Source of the DNA: Basidiobolus meristosporus CBS 931.73
Taxonomy: Eukaryota > Fungi > Basidiobolomycota
NCBI GenBank assembly: GCA_002104905.1
Contig: MCFE01000441.1
Location: 1 to 64,000, forward strand
DNA length: 64,000 nucleotides
Direction: 5' to 3'
Position 1 is the stretch's first letter; the number at the start of each line of letters is the position of its first letter. Under the pieces are notes generated by a model. It made no database searches and was not told where the DNA came from. It worked only from the letters and a program-made list of their open reading frames with translations. Positions 35,201 to 48,166 of this stretch are shown piece after piece. The position numbers were made by a program, and so were the translations under genes.

Positions 35201-37119
35201 TTGTAATTGTTTTTAACTTTAACCCCAATAGGCATAAGAAATTATCTATCGATTCATCTCCTATTCAACGGGAACATACTAAGCAACAGCTGCAAAAAGA
35301 TCCTGATCAGCGAAAGCAACAGTCTTCAGCAACATCTCTTTACCAAAGCCCTATGTTCCAGCCGCAATTACAACCGATGAACCAAACGCAAATACAGCAG
35401 AATCAACAACCCAAAATTATACCAAATCAAAAGCAAGATCCAATGTCAGATCCACATCATGGTTTCAGTAGAGTCGAGCCAGCAAAGATGGCGCAGTCGC
35501 CCAATCAGCGACCCGTAAGTTCTGCCGATACTCCAAGCACCAACACTCGTATTTTTTCGGGACCACAAATTCTTTCATCGCGCGATCATGGCACCAAGAG
35601 TGAAGCTAATGTTGTTTCTGTTCAACCTGTTCATGAACAGACCTCGGCTACTACAATTCCCCCGACTAAATCTGCTGTTTCATACGATACTCGCATTCAC
35701 GGTGCCTCGCCAAATCTCTCAAGCCGCCCTTCGGTGGAAGCTCATTCTGGATCTGCCCCAGTACAAGATCCGTCGAGTCGTCGCGCATCAAGTGGAAATG
35801 AGACGTCGCTTCTAGACAGATTGTATAGAGTAGAGCCGTTACCTACCTCGCAAACGAACACTCAGAGTATTTCACATTCCGTGTCTAACCCCGATGCTGC
35901 CCGATTGACTAGGGGTGTTCCAGGAACAGCTCAGCCTATACAAACTGACCAGCCACAAAAGTCTCCACATCAATATTTCTCGAGTCCAAGTCATCCCAGC
36001 TTCCAGCCTGGTGCAAACCTGAAATCAAATGAGCATCAAATCCGTAGAGACTCTGCATCAAACCCCGCATCTTTTGATCGGAATAGCAGCACGGGATACA
36101 CACACCATCCAATTCCTAATTCACAAATCAATCCAATGCAGCCGACCTCAGATGTTCCGCAGGTTACTCCACAGTTGGGATACAATACTCCTAAAGAATT
36201 CCAGAGAGGCTCTCCTCGATATGGTGCAGGTTATGTTGCAAATGACAAGCAACCTCGACACTCGATATCGGACATCCAACATCACCCAGTTCATTCTAAA
36301 GGAGCTATAAACAACGACAACAGAGAGGCCTTGCGCCGATCGATGACATTTCCAAATATCCCAGGTGGATTGAAAAACGACACTTTCAATGCCAGTCCAA
36401 CCGCCGCAAATCAACAATATGGGAAGCAGAGTATTAATATGCATCCGGGTGAAGCGCACGAACGTGATAGCCGAGGATATAGGCCGCCGGTGGATGTCCC
36501 AGCCAGGCCATCACAGTATACTCCAATGATGGATTCTAATTCGCAAGCGTTAGGGAATAGATCACCGAGCCTTCTTCATCAAAACCCACTACCTGGCTAT
36601 CCTCAACGAACTATGGCCGGTCGTTCACAAACAGTGCCCCAAAGCGCCCGTCCCCCAACTCAGCCATCTGGAATACAACATGTTAGCCAATCTAGTGCTT
36701 CTTCACAGTACCCTCCACCGTATGACCAAGCGGAGATACAACGGAGACCACCCGCCCATTCAATGATGGCAATGCCCGGACAGTACTCGGTGTCAGCGTC
36801 GAAGTCACCCGGTTATAGACACTCCATTCCACATTCTCCTGGAGCCTCTGTTCAGAATTCACCTCAATTGGTGCCCACTAGGCAGGAAAATTGGCAGCCT
36901 ATGAAGGATGTTAGTATTGCAGCAGGATATCCCCATCAATCGAACCCACAATGGCCGGGAACGCAATATCCTTATCATCCATCCGTACCAGTGTATAACT
37001 CGCAACCAATTCATTCTACCCCCTCGCAACCACGAAGCCGAACGCAGTCCAAAGGAAAGCTAGATTTTATAATGAATTCTTCGGAAGAGGAGCCAGATTG
37101 GAGAAACACCCGACTATAA
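32222..37119 (+). CDS. mRNA-capping guanylyltransferase (Ceg1)-like domain with degenerate active site, fused to a very long S/P/Q-rich disordered tail; multi-exon
   Basis: FPGSQ, motif I position reads EQNDG, TLLDGELV, motif IV position reads KNNGLLF, LKWK, OB fold GGWR|FVRFRDDK..N, EIRSNWKIRE. Exons continue in frame to ...KGKLDFIMNSSEEEPDWRNTRL. Confidence 0.8.
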
Positions 37120-37518
37120 CTTGTTTGGTCATAAGTATGGCGGATCATATTATAATATTGTGAAAGGAATTTTGTACTTTTATGTAGCCTTCCTCATTCT
37201 TTCTCCAGCTGATTTTGTTCATTTAATTTCTCTCATTTTTGTTTTGAATTTCATTGCATCGGTCGCAGTTGTTAGTTTCTGATACACCCCATGTTAAATA
37301 GAATAGTTATGCCTTTTAGTGTGAAATAGCCCAGCATAACTTATCCTCTCAAGAGTGCGCAGTTTTTGTATAAAAGAGCAAAAGGAGAAATTTCACCGAG
37401 CAGAAGCAAACATTCATTGGAAATTAAATTAGAAGGCAAAAGATAGTCAACACCCGCACTTTTCAGAGACCATTGTCGGTAGTGCGAGATGACGCTTGCC
37501 ACGGCGCTTTTTACTTTA

Positions 37519-38465
37519 TCAAACACAAGGGTTTACTTCACCGGGTGCATCATCCCCTGAACTGACGCTTTGGATATCGAAATTGTTCCAAGCGAATACT
37601 GCGCCCAACCAGTCTATTGACGGCGTAGTAGGTCGCCTGGATGGGATCGTGTCCGATGGCAGCGTCGGAAAGTACTTTCCCATCCACTCTGCGATCAGCT
37701 GCACTCTTATCGATCAGAGAGACGCTGGCGGTGGAAAGGATATCACGACACTCTTTACCCTGTAGGTCTCGATCGCATCCTGGCTTAGACTCTGGTCACT
37801 AGCAAGTGCCAAAAGATCGCGTTCGGTGATCAGCTTTTTGGTGTCCGTAAGCTTCTTGAAGCTGGTGAAGAAGGTTTGAAATTCGGGGTCGTTGAGCACG
37901 ATTGCAAGTTCATGAAGTTTGTATTTGAGCGCATTGCGCCCCGAATGTTTGCCTAGCACCAGATTGTTCGATGGGACGTCTACAAGCTCAGGGGTGCTGA
38001 TCTCGTAGGTTCTCTTGTTTTTCGGTACTCCGTCTTGGTGGATCCCCGATTCGTGGGCGAATGCGCTCAAACCGACGATGGCCTTGTTCGCTTGACTAGG
38101 CATCCCGCTTTTTAATACCACCAGTTGGGAAACACGATATTGAAAGGTGGTGTCGATCTTGTTGAACACTGGATAGCTATTTGGGCGGGTGCGGAGCGCC
38201 ATCACAACTTCTTCCAGAGAAGTGTTCCCTGCACACTCTCCAATCCTATAGATCGTCAATTCCACTTGACGGACCCCATTGGAGATGGCAGCCAGTGTAT
38301 TGGCCGTAGCCAAACCTGGATCGTTCTGGTAATGTGCAGACCAGACGACCTTTTCGGATCCTCGAGTGTTTTCTCTTGGATAGTTGAAGAGCGCGCTATA
38401 CTCCTCCTCTGGAACACAGATGCCGACCGTATCAGGGATATTCAATGTGGCGGCTCCCGCCTTTC
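37519..38465 (-). pseudogene. leuA: 5'-truncated, frameshifted 2-isopropylmalate synthase (leuA-type) pseudogene
   Basis: KAGAATLNIPDTVG, HYQNDPG, IGECAGNTSLEEV, AFAHESGIHQDG, LVLGKHSGRNA. The regulatory domain (DAAIG..PI...VNRLVG; FDIQSVSSG.DA.GEV) is spread over three frames; the N-terminal DRE half is absent. Confidence 0.85.
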
Positions 38466-39259
38466 ACCCACTCTTATTCATCTTCTATCTATCGAAAAAT
38501 CCCACTTCGTAGGGCATTTTGTGAGGGGAAGAGCCCGCCTATAAATAGAAAATGGTGGTAAAGTGATCACGCTAAGTTATCCAAGATCGCTAGTGGAGAT
38601 CAAGATTTGCGGGGATATCGTAACAAATACTAGGGATCTACACTCTTGTTTGTTTATGCTAACCCACCCATCATTCATTGGATTAACTTTAATCGAACAC
38701 CAATCCAAAATGTAGAATCCTGCTTAAGATTGACGTCCCTCCTGAACTCGGATTTTAACTGTTGAACGGATGATTGTGATGAGGTGCCAGGGTCAAGCAG
38801 AGGCAGTAAAATGGCGCCCACACACACACACTCCCACCGACTGAGGGTTTAGAAACGTTGCTCAAGATCCCTCAAAACTTTACCGGCAACTCCGCTAGAT
38901 TCGAAGGCGAAAAAGGAGAAATAAACGTACCACGGAAAATCCGATACTTCGGTTTCTTCAGGATTCACTCATAACTTGAGCCCATTCATTCCGGTGACTC
39001 TTGACCAAAGAAATCTCAACTTAGGAATTCCCATTTCGGTTTCTGTGTAACTCCAGACTGCATTTAACCAACTATGTACCAGTGATGCCATAAACACAGA
39101 AAGTTCATTTGTGCTAGGCAATTTAGCCTTTACTCGACAGAATGCTATATTACATATGGTGATGAACACTACTATCCCTGGCACTCAGAAAACCACTTAC
39201 AGTAAATATCAGGTAATTGGTGTCGAGATAGTTCCACAGCGAGAAATCCATGTAGGGCG

Positions 39260-39700
39260 GAAGCAACTCAACTGTTCAAGAAACCTCTTTGTCGTGCTTG
39301 ATTTGTAAAGCTCCATCGGTATTGATTTGGCCATATTTGTGTGTGTGAAAATATCCTGGATATCTAGACAGACCGAATAGCTGATTCATCTCGTTTGCTA
39401 TCAGCAGGACTTTTCTCCTGCACAAAGTAATTTGTCCCCCTGAAGCGTTGGTGTCCGAATCGCTGCACTTGCTGATCCATGGCTCAAAAACTGCGACCGA
39501 TGAGGGTTGTTACACCCGACATCCTATTGCTCCATGCCCTTTGGACCCTCAAACTCTCCACATATTGTTGCCATACGGAGGGTTATTCATGGACTTTACG
39601 ACATACACTGCATGACCTTGACAAGTGTAAACTTCGTTGGATTTCAGATGTCAACACCGCCACAGAGGAGCCTGCAGCCTCTGTATTGGAGACCGTGAGT
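39260..39700 (+). mobile_element. Highly degraded Ty3/gypsy-type reverse transcriptase fragment
   Basis: Motifs in the expected order across frames: QLNCSRNLFVVLDL, KTATDEGCY, YCSMPFGPSNSP (cf. MPFGLxNAP), LDKC..VNFVGFQMS. No intact YxDD seen. Confidence 0.45.
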
Positions 39701-40050
39701 GTGTGAACTTTCCAACGACCAGTATTGGCTTTGCGTGACCCTTTAACAAGACTTTTTTGGTGGTGTTAGCAAATAACCAATTAGGTAACTGTATCCTCGA
39801 CCCCACATTTGTCGTCACATGCTGTCGAGATGGCTCTTCAATTTGCCACATTTCTTTGATTGTGTGAAGTCCTCCGAAAGTGAGGGCCATCCTCAAATTC
39901 GTTTAAATACGAGACCTTGCCTCGGGGGATGCACCCAAATCTCCATCCGCACCTTCGTGAAGCCATTTTCGAACTCGCCTCTCTTTTCCCTTGCGCCCCC
40001 TCATACCGCCTGAGGTCTCCATCTGCGCCTTTCGAAACAGCAAGGCTAAC

Positions 40051-40743
40051 ATGTCCAGTCAACGTGCGTCGGTTGTTCTGACGCGGCCGTACAAATGCGA
40101 CATATGCGACAAGGAGTTTGTGAGGCAGGAGCATGTACAAAGGCATAGACGAACCCACACCGGCGAAAAGCCATACCCATGCACCCACCCAGGATGCACC
40201 CGAAAATTCTCACGCTCAGACGAACTAACCAGGCATATTCGTATTCATACAAAGCCCATAAATGTACTCGATCGAAAGCCACTACATATCCATTTGCATA
40301 CCCCAGCCAGTCTAAATCCTTCATATTCCATCCCACTCATGAGAGATCCCCATTGTAGTAAGCCCTTCAAGCCAAAGCGCCCTTTGCAAGGGACAGGCAC
40401 CACATTCATCCACCACTCCCACCCATCCCTGTCGCCTGGCAGTGTAGCACCATCTGCTCCATCGAAGGTGCCATCTCGTTTGTGTATATCGCGAGACCGC
40501 CAGCTTCTAAATGAGGCAGAGCCCAGTGTTCCAGAACCCAACCGAAGGCCGCCGCCGAAACGTCCCTCCCCGTTTCCAGAGACGAAGCCAAAAAAATCCC
40601 TCAGACACTCCATCCACGCTAACCTGGATCGGGTATTTCAATCCAGCTGTCCTGAGGAACGAGTCCTACCCCCGCTGTCCGGCGGTCTGAGCCCGCCCCC
40701 ACTCAAAGACAGCACAAGTCGGTGGCTGCCTGTCTCTCTGTAA
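40051..40743 (+). CDS. CreA/Mig1-type C2H2 transcription factor
   Basis: [55 protein letters not shown], matching the CreA/Mig1 finger pair. Start codon uncertain. Confidence 0.8.
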   Translation: MSSQRASVVLTRPYKCDICDKEFVRQEHVQRHRRTHTGEKPYPCTHPGCTRKFSRSDELTRHIRIHTKPINVLDRKPLHIHLHTPASLNPSYSIPLMRDPHCSKPFKPKRPLQGTGTTFIHHSHPSLSPGSVAPSAPSKVPSRLCISRDRQLLNEAEPSVPEPNRRPPPKRPSPFPETKPKKSLRHSIHANLDRVFQSSCPEERVLPPLSGGLSPPPLKDSTSRWLPVSL

Positions 40744-41043
40744 ACATTGCTTGATCCATAGAATTGGTCTTGTCGGTCGCAAGCCTGCTCTCTTTGTACA
40801 TTGGTCGCCTGTATACAAATCGACAACGGAGCCTGCTGTGTATACTGCTGGTAAATTCAAAACAATCCTCCTCCCAGATAGGGAATCCTTCATTGTACAA
40901 AGTCCACCACCACCCCTCTGCCTTGTCAAGAACTGGGAGAGCACTCCACCCAGGGAACCAAACCATCCACAGAAATAAAGCAAAAGGTGAATTCAACCGA
41001 GACATTTATTCATGATCCAAGAGATGAAATTTAATGGCTGTAT

Positions 41044-42262
41044 TTAATCGGCACGCAAAACTTCCAAGAACTTCTTGCTGGTGGCGGTGTGAACCTTGGG
41101 TTGGTTCTTCTTGGTCTTGCCCAAGATCTCAGCACGCTTGACAACCTTGGAGTAAGGGTTCAAACGGAGCATGACACCGTTGTTGCGAAGAGGGTTCTTC
41201 TTTTGAGCAACGGAGCGCTTTTGGTGCTTGGTTCCGGCGGCACGGCAGACGGATTGGATCTCATCGGAGTTGATGATACGGGTAACATCGGGGTTGCTGA
41301 TGATGTGAGCAGGAAGATCGTAGTCCTTCTTCAAGGAAGATGACTTCTTGTAGGTACCGAAGAGGCTATCCAAAAGCTCGAAAGCACCTTGGGTCCAGAT
41401 GATGAAACGACCGAGGTGAGCACCAGGAGCCAATTGGAGAAGGTTAAGACGACGAACGTTAACCAACTCGACACCGGGAAGGTTGCGGAAAGCACGGACA
41501 ATACCGTTGTCCTCGTTGTAGACAACAAGGGGACCGCGTCTTTGTCTGTGGCGACGGTTTCTAAGCTTGCCCTTACCAGCGCGGATCTTGCGGCTGTTGG
41601 CAACCTTGACAACATCCTCATAGGCGTTGAGGGCCTTGAGAAGGGTGACGGCGTTCTTGGTCTTGGTGAGGGACTCAGCACCGTTGCCAATAACGAGGGG
41701 AACCTCCTCGATTTGCTCAATTCTGTGACCACGGGCCAAGACCAAAGCAGGGATGGCGGAAGCGGCCAAAGCGGAGGCAGTGGCGAAACGCTTCTGGTTC
41801 AAGTTGGTCTTAACGTGCCACTTTCTCCAGATCTTGGTAGGAGCGAACATACGACCACCACGGCACATGTTACCGAAGGCAGCTTGTCCGGAACGGTGGG
41901 TACCACCACCACCGACACGAGGAATACGAGCAACAGCACGACCAGTACCCCAGGACTCGGCAGAGGTTTGGTGACCAGCCTTGACGGAAACAGCGTAAGC
42001 TTGACGCTTGTTCTTGGCCATGTTGGTGTGGACGAAGCGCACGATATCAGGGCGGATAGGGGCCTTGAAAACGGCGGGGAGGGTGACGTTGGCAATGGTG
42101 CCATTGCCAGACTCGGAGTAGACGTTAATGACAGGTCTAGCGGCCGCGGACTAATGAGCAATTGAAGATTAGGGCATTGAAGAGGAATAGGGAGAGATGG
42201 ATGTGCGCTGAGCTCTATAGATGCAGTGGAAATGTGGCGTGATCGCGAACCATACGTACCAT
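41044..42262 (-). CDS. RPL4: 60S ribosomal protein L4 (uL4); ATG-only first exon
   Basis: M|[10 protein letters not shown]...[48 protein letters not shown]. Confidence 0.97.
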
Positions 42263-43562
42263 CTTGAATCCTTGAGATGACAAAGCGGGTGGAATAAAAG
42301 GAAAGAACCGAAATGACCGTCCAATGCCTATTATACTTGGCGAATGTTGCTCCCTCGAGGATTGCCGCCAGAGCGAGAATGATTGGACGGGCAATTTTGA
42401 TCAACGAAAAGAATAAAATTTTGTCGGGAAAATTTGCGTTTACCCAGTGGCTCATATCATCTGATTTAACCAACATGAATGTGTTTAAGCTAGTATGGTG
42501 CTGGAGTATGAAGGCTACGATTACATATGGTTTCGACTGGTTGGCTGTTGACTAGGCATCACTTGGTGTATCTGGACAGAGACGCCACACTCGAACCGGT
42601 GTCGAGCAAGATTGGCTCGTCCTACGAATATCATCTCTTTAGCACTGACAACTTCAACCATATTTTAGTTCGCATTCACATTGCCATTCGTTTTAAATCA
42701 ATGGAGATCATGGTTGCGGCATTATTTTCCAATCCATCTAATACAATTTTGGAGGTACTCTGATCTCGTTCATGGATCTTGATAGCGAAGAAAATAATAA
42801 TAGGTCGGCGACTCTGGTCAGCGACTCTAAATATATATATATGTGTCTATATCTGCAGATGCCATCGACCATGGATGTGGCTGAGTCGCTTAGGGTCTAT
42901 GGTGGTTGTTGCAGCCAAAACAACATCAATTTGGAGGCAACGGTAGCAAAGGCATTGAGGGAGTTTATATACAGACAGTAGTAAATATTGCCTCGTCATT
43001 TCATGGGAACGCAATCCATAATATAGTGCGACATTTGACCGAAATTTGGAAAAGCATATATTTACGAACACCGGTGGAGCAGATACAATGGAGATGCATT
43101 CAATTGACCTCGGTGCTACTACAAATCAATAAATGAAAAGTCAGACTAACTGCCTGGTTTGGCAGTTGGCTTTGATTTGTGTTCCCTATAGTTGTCTGTA
43201 GATGAAGAACGTGAATGAGCTTGGCCATTGGGCCGTTGTGAATATGACTGCCCTGAATATATTGGTGTAATGCCATTCTTAATGCGTTCAAGGCCTCTTT
43301 GTCCCCCTTTAATTCATATCCGCATTGTAAATCTCTGTGCCTTATTCAGAATTATCAAAGATCCTGGCTCTTGTTCCTCTTCGCTTCCGTTTCCTTGCCA
43401 AATTTCTTGGACTTGAGCTGTTTTGAGCTTTCGTTTCGACCAGACCTCAACAGCCTATATTGACCTCGGATAAAAGAGTGTGCTTCTTGTTCTCACAACA
43501 CTGCCTTCTTCCACTTCAGGACTCTTTGAACCCTTCATTCCCCGGTACAACCGCCACATACG

Positions 43563-46020
43563 ATGTCAACGGTACCCTTGAAAAAAGGCTACTTGACAGT
43601 AAAAGAAGAAGGGATACGCGCCTGGCTATGGTCCAGAAGGTATATGGTCCTTTGGGAGAGATCGCTGACTTTCCACAAAAATGAGGTACAGCCAACAACC
43701 CTCTCCAACTTATTTCATATCCGTCAGCCTTGCTTGGCTTCAAAAACTTTCGTTGTTTTCTGAGTAGTGTTGAGCCTTCCATCGAAATTAGAGAGCATAA
43801 AACTGACGGTCACCTTGGTTTTTGTTATTTCCAATTCATCCAGGAGACGCCGAGTCCGTTGGGCCTCATATTCATGAAGGAGATAGAGGGACTGAGCCGA
43901 AATGAGCTAAAGCCGTACAGTTTCGAGATTGTCACCCGAGACAAGACGTATTACCTTGCGTGTAGAAACGACGAGGAGTTATATTCCTGGATGGACGCCA
44001 TTTATTCGGTAATATGCACAATAGCTAGCATCCCCCACTCGCGCTAACAACATCTCATTCATGATTAGTACTCTCCGTTAATGACCGTCTCGAACCCTAC
44101 CAATTTCCAACATCAATTCCACGTCGGCTTTGACTCGGTTACTGGTGCTTTCACGGTAGATTGGTGTTGTAATGTAGCATATAGATACGGCGAATTTACC
44201 TGAATGTTGACACTAGGGACTCCCGGACGAGTGGACGAGGTTATTGGCTTCATCGGCCATCACCAAGGAGGATTATTCAAAGAATCCGCAAGCAGTATTA
44301 GACGTATTGGAGTTCTATACCGAGAATCAGAAGGAAACTCAAGGTTACCCTGCGCTACCTCCAAACAAGTTGGCAGGGCTACTTCCTCAAGTAAAGCTAC
44401 AGGTGCTATTGGAGTGGAAATCTGTTACTTACCCTATTGATTGTTAAAGCCACCAGGGAATCGACAACCAGCACCCAATCGCTTACCTACTGCGCCCAAT
44501 AATAACAAGATGAACGGATATCCAACGCCGCCATCATCAGTAGGCCAATTCTTTGGGTCTTTCACAAGCGGAGATGTTTTAATGCTTCCTCTCCTCTAGT
44601 TCTCTAAGCCACCCACAGATATGGGCAATGTTCAGATGCATAGACCGTCTCCAAATCCAAATCCGAAACCGATACCAATCAAGCAACTTCCAATTAGACA
44701 GCCGCCTCAAAACCTGGTCCCCAAGCCAATTCCAGTGAGGCAGAATCCACAGGCAATTACCCGAGATGATGTTGACATCAAGCCCAAAGCAAAGCTCAAG
44801 GATCAAAGGTTATCCACGATGACCGAGCCGCAGATTATGGAGAGATTGAGTACGTTGTTCGTGACATGTTCAATAATTCACCGAGGCGTTGTTACGAGCG
44901 AAAAAGGATTTTCCATTTACAGAGTCGATTGTTTCTCGAGGTGACCCAACAAGCATTTATGCAAAGATCAAGAAGATCGGTCAGGGGTAAGGGTTATTGG
45001 CGATTTGCTGGTTCTCAAGCCACGCACTCATGGGTTCGCTTGCTTTAGGGCTTCGGGTTCGGTGTATGTTGCTCGGTCGTTATCTTCAAACCAAAAGGTG
45101 GCGATCAAGCAGATGGATCTTGGGCATCAGCCACGCAAGGAATTGATCGTGAATGAGATTTTGGTGATGAAGGAGGCGCAACACCCAAATATCGTGAATT
45201 TCCTCGACAGTTTTCTCATCAACTACTCGGAACTCTGGGTGGTGATGGAGTTTATGGAAGGAGGCGCCCTCACTGACGTCATAGAGAACAACGCGCTGAC
45301 AGAAAAGCACATCGCCACCATCTGTCTAGAGGTAAGTCCATATTGTCCCAGCATTCTAGTAGCTACCTGAGCTCACCATCTTGTCAGACGTGCAAGGGAC
45401 TGTATCACCTTCATAGCCAAAACATCATCCACCGCGACATCAAAAGTGACAACGTGTTACTAGATGCGCAGGGCAATGTGAAAATCAGTAAGCTTCTTTT
45501 CCCCACCTGGTCCCATCATTGCTAGATATTCATCATCGTTATGCAACAGCTGATTTTGGCTTCTGTGCCAAACTCACCGAGCACAAAAACAAACGGGCCA
45601 CCATGGTTGGAACACCCTATTGGATGGCACCCGAGGTAGTCAAACAGAAGGAGTACGGGGAAAAGGTGGATATTTGGTCACTTGGGATTATGGCTATTGA
45701 GATGATTGAGAACGAGCCGCCTTATCTTGACGAAGAGCCTCTAAAGGCATTGTATTTAATTGCTACCAATGGTACGCCCACTTTGAAAAAGCCGGAATTG
45801 CTAAGCCATGAATTGAAGAGCTTCCTGGCCGAGTGCCTCTGTGTCGATGTGAAAAGCCGAGCTGATTCGGCCGAACTTTTGCGGGTAATGTTGAAAGGGG
45901 AACGATTTTTTCCGGCAATTGATTAACGAAGCCGGTTTACTCTAGCACGATTTCCTTAGAAAAGCCGGACCTCTCAGCCATTTGGCTTCCCTGCTGGCAT
46001 TCCGTAACGCCAATCCTTAG
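43563..46020 (+). CDS. CLA4: Cla4-type PAK kinase (PH-CRIB-kinase), multi-exon
   Basis: PH ([19 protein letters not shown]; WMDAIY), CRIB ([16 protein letters not shown]), kinase (KIGQG|[35 protein letters not shown]). Confidence 0.93.
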
Positions 46021-46420
46021 AAACCTGTGTTTGCTATATTCCATGTCTATTTCTTTTTTCTTTAATTTTTCATTGCGCGTCCATTCTCAGTTGTTCTATG
46101 GTATATTTTCGCATACATTTAAGAAATGAGGGCTGTTTTGAAAAGGAACAAGGGGCTCCAATGGGATATCTGCACTGTATACTTTGTTCTTAACGCCTTT
46201 CTTGGAAATAGTGTCCCCTTCACATCAACTGCATATACATAGCTGCACGCTCTTGACGCTACCAGCCACATCCCACTCCATCTCCCATCCATCTAGTCAT
46301 AAGAGCAATAAAATCTACGGTCTAGGTATTTGCACCAACAGGTTCTTATCGCCGTACAATATTAAATTTCATAAATTTGAAATCGCTGCTTAATAATGAT
46401 TTGAGGGAAACCAAGTATAA

Positions 46421-47924
46421 ATGGATTTTCTGCCTCAAAAACTATCACCACAGTTTGTAAAATTCTTACGCGAGATGGACGTAACCGCGAAGTTGGAAAA
46501 GCTCGATATCTCGGAGGACGAGAAAAAGGCTTTTGAGGAAATCGACACTCCACTGAAGTTTCTGAAAGTTTGTTTCCCCACCTATGACGACAAGCTTTTG
46601 TTAAGTAAGCTAGAGGCCTGTAACGGAGATGTCGAGAATACTGTCGACGTGATATCCAACGATGAACTAAGGAACTTGGAAATGTTCGAGTACGCTTCTC
46701 ATACCCCAGAGGAAACCGTTCCTACACCACCGAAAGAACCAGTAGTGGAGCCTACTAGACGTCAAGTCAACGCTCCGGGGAATTTCAGCAGGGCCCGTAA
46801 GCAACAGCGTGATACCCAACAAAGAATTCGTCCAGTCCTAAAGAAGGATGACTTCCCTGAATTGGTGTCCACTCCAAAGCCTACCAGCAACTCTTCCGAC
46901 TCCTCAAAGCCTCAGCAACCACCTCCACTGCCGCCCCTTCAACCGCGTATGACTATTCGCCATCAGGAGGAATTCGAAGAAGATCTCTCCCACCTAGCTA
47001 GCATTTTCCCGGACCATGATGTATCCGTTCTCTCCGTCATACTTCAAGACTCTACTAGTCTTGAAAACGCCATTGACAACGTGCTGCGAAACGTGGATAC
47101 GGCTAAACCATCCGACAAGACCAGTCGGGGTAGCACCAAAGCAAGACTGGTGTTTAGCGGGCAAAGGAATATTCGGGAGATCCATGATAATCCTGATCTG
47201 GAGATCCAAAGGGCCAAGAACGCGCCTAATCTCTCCGCCTACAGAGTTCAGAGTATCGAGGACCCGGAATATTGCCGTCGGAAGGCCATCGAGAATATCA
47301 CCAAGAGAAACGAGTTTTTCATGAAGGCCGCCAGAGCCTTTTCCGGTAGATCTTACGGTAGTGGTGGAGTGGCATTCTTTTACTCGCAAGAGGTTAGACT
47401 CTCTGTTGGCTATTTGTGCTTGAAGATACTGAGTAGTAATTTGTTATAAGGGCAAGAATTATGACGCCAAAGTCAAGCAATGGAAATCTCGTGCCGCGCA
47501 AGCAACGCTGATGCAGAACCAGTTAGTCTCTTTTCGAGTCGATATCTTCAACATGTGATAGCTAAAAGACTCCATCTATAGGTTGCGAGTCCAAGACCCT
47601 CATACTGTTGATCTTCATGGATTGACGGTTTCTGAGGCGTTAGCAGTAGTTAAAGACACAGTCAATGATTGGTATTCGCGAGAGGAGATGAAGTCAGGTA
47701 ATATTCTAGTGACTGCGTTGTATCTATACCATGTTATTCAATTGTGGTTCCTTGTAGGTCGCTCTTACTTCAAGCCTTTGACTATTGTCACCGGAGTAGG
47801 CCACAACTCGCCATCCTACAACTCTCGCTTAGGGCCCGCCGTAACCAAAATGCTAAACAAAGAAGGCTGGAAGGTGGATGCATCCAAAAAGGGCTTCGTG
47901 GTTGTGAAGGGAGTCAAGATGTGA
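46421..47924 (+). CDS. CUE + DUF1771 + Smr domain protein (Cue2/N4BP2-like endonuclease)
   Basis: Two CUE-like segments (FLKVCFPTYDD; LASIFPDHDV), KAARAF...AFFYSQE, VDLHGLTVSEAL, LTIVTGVGHNS. Confidence 0.85.
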
Positions 47925-48166
47925 TTTCGAAGGTGGAAGTTTCGCGTTTACAGACAGAAAACTCCAACCCGCATTCATGGAGCCAGCACTCACCACGACT
48001 ATTGAGGCATGTACATATGATAGTATTTAGGAATAAATAATTGTTTAAGCCATTAAGTTATGCTTGATTGGACCTTGATTAGTTAGTTTGTATATCAATT
48101 AGTGGAATCTACCTTTTATTTGGGTTCTATCATGGAAATTAAGCTTACATTTAGCATGTGCATGTG

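Noticed and set aside
42560-43140. Possible decayed gene with DHGCG occurring twice
   Set aside because: Many stops, no recognisable family, and the repeat is too short to be significant.
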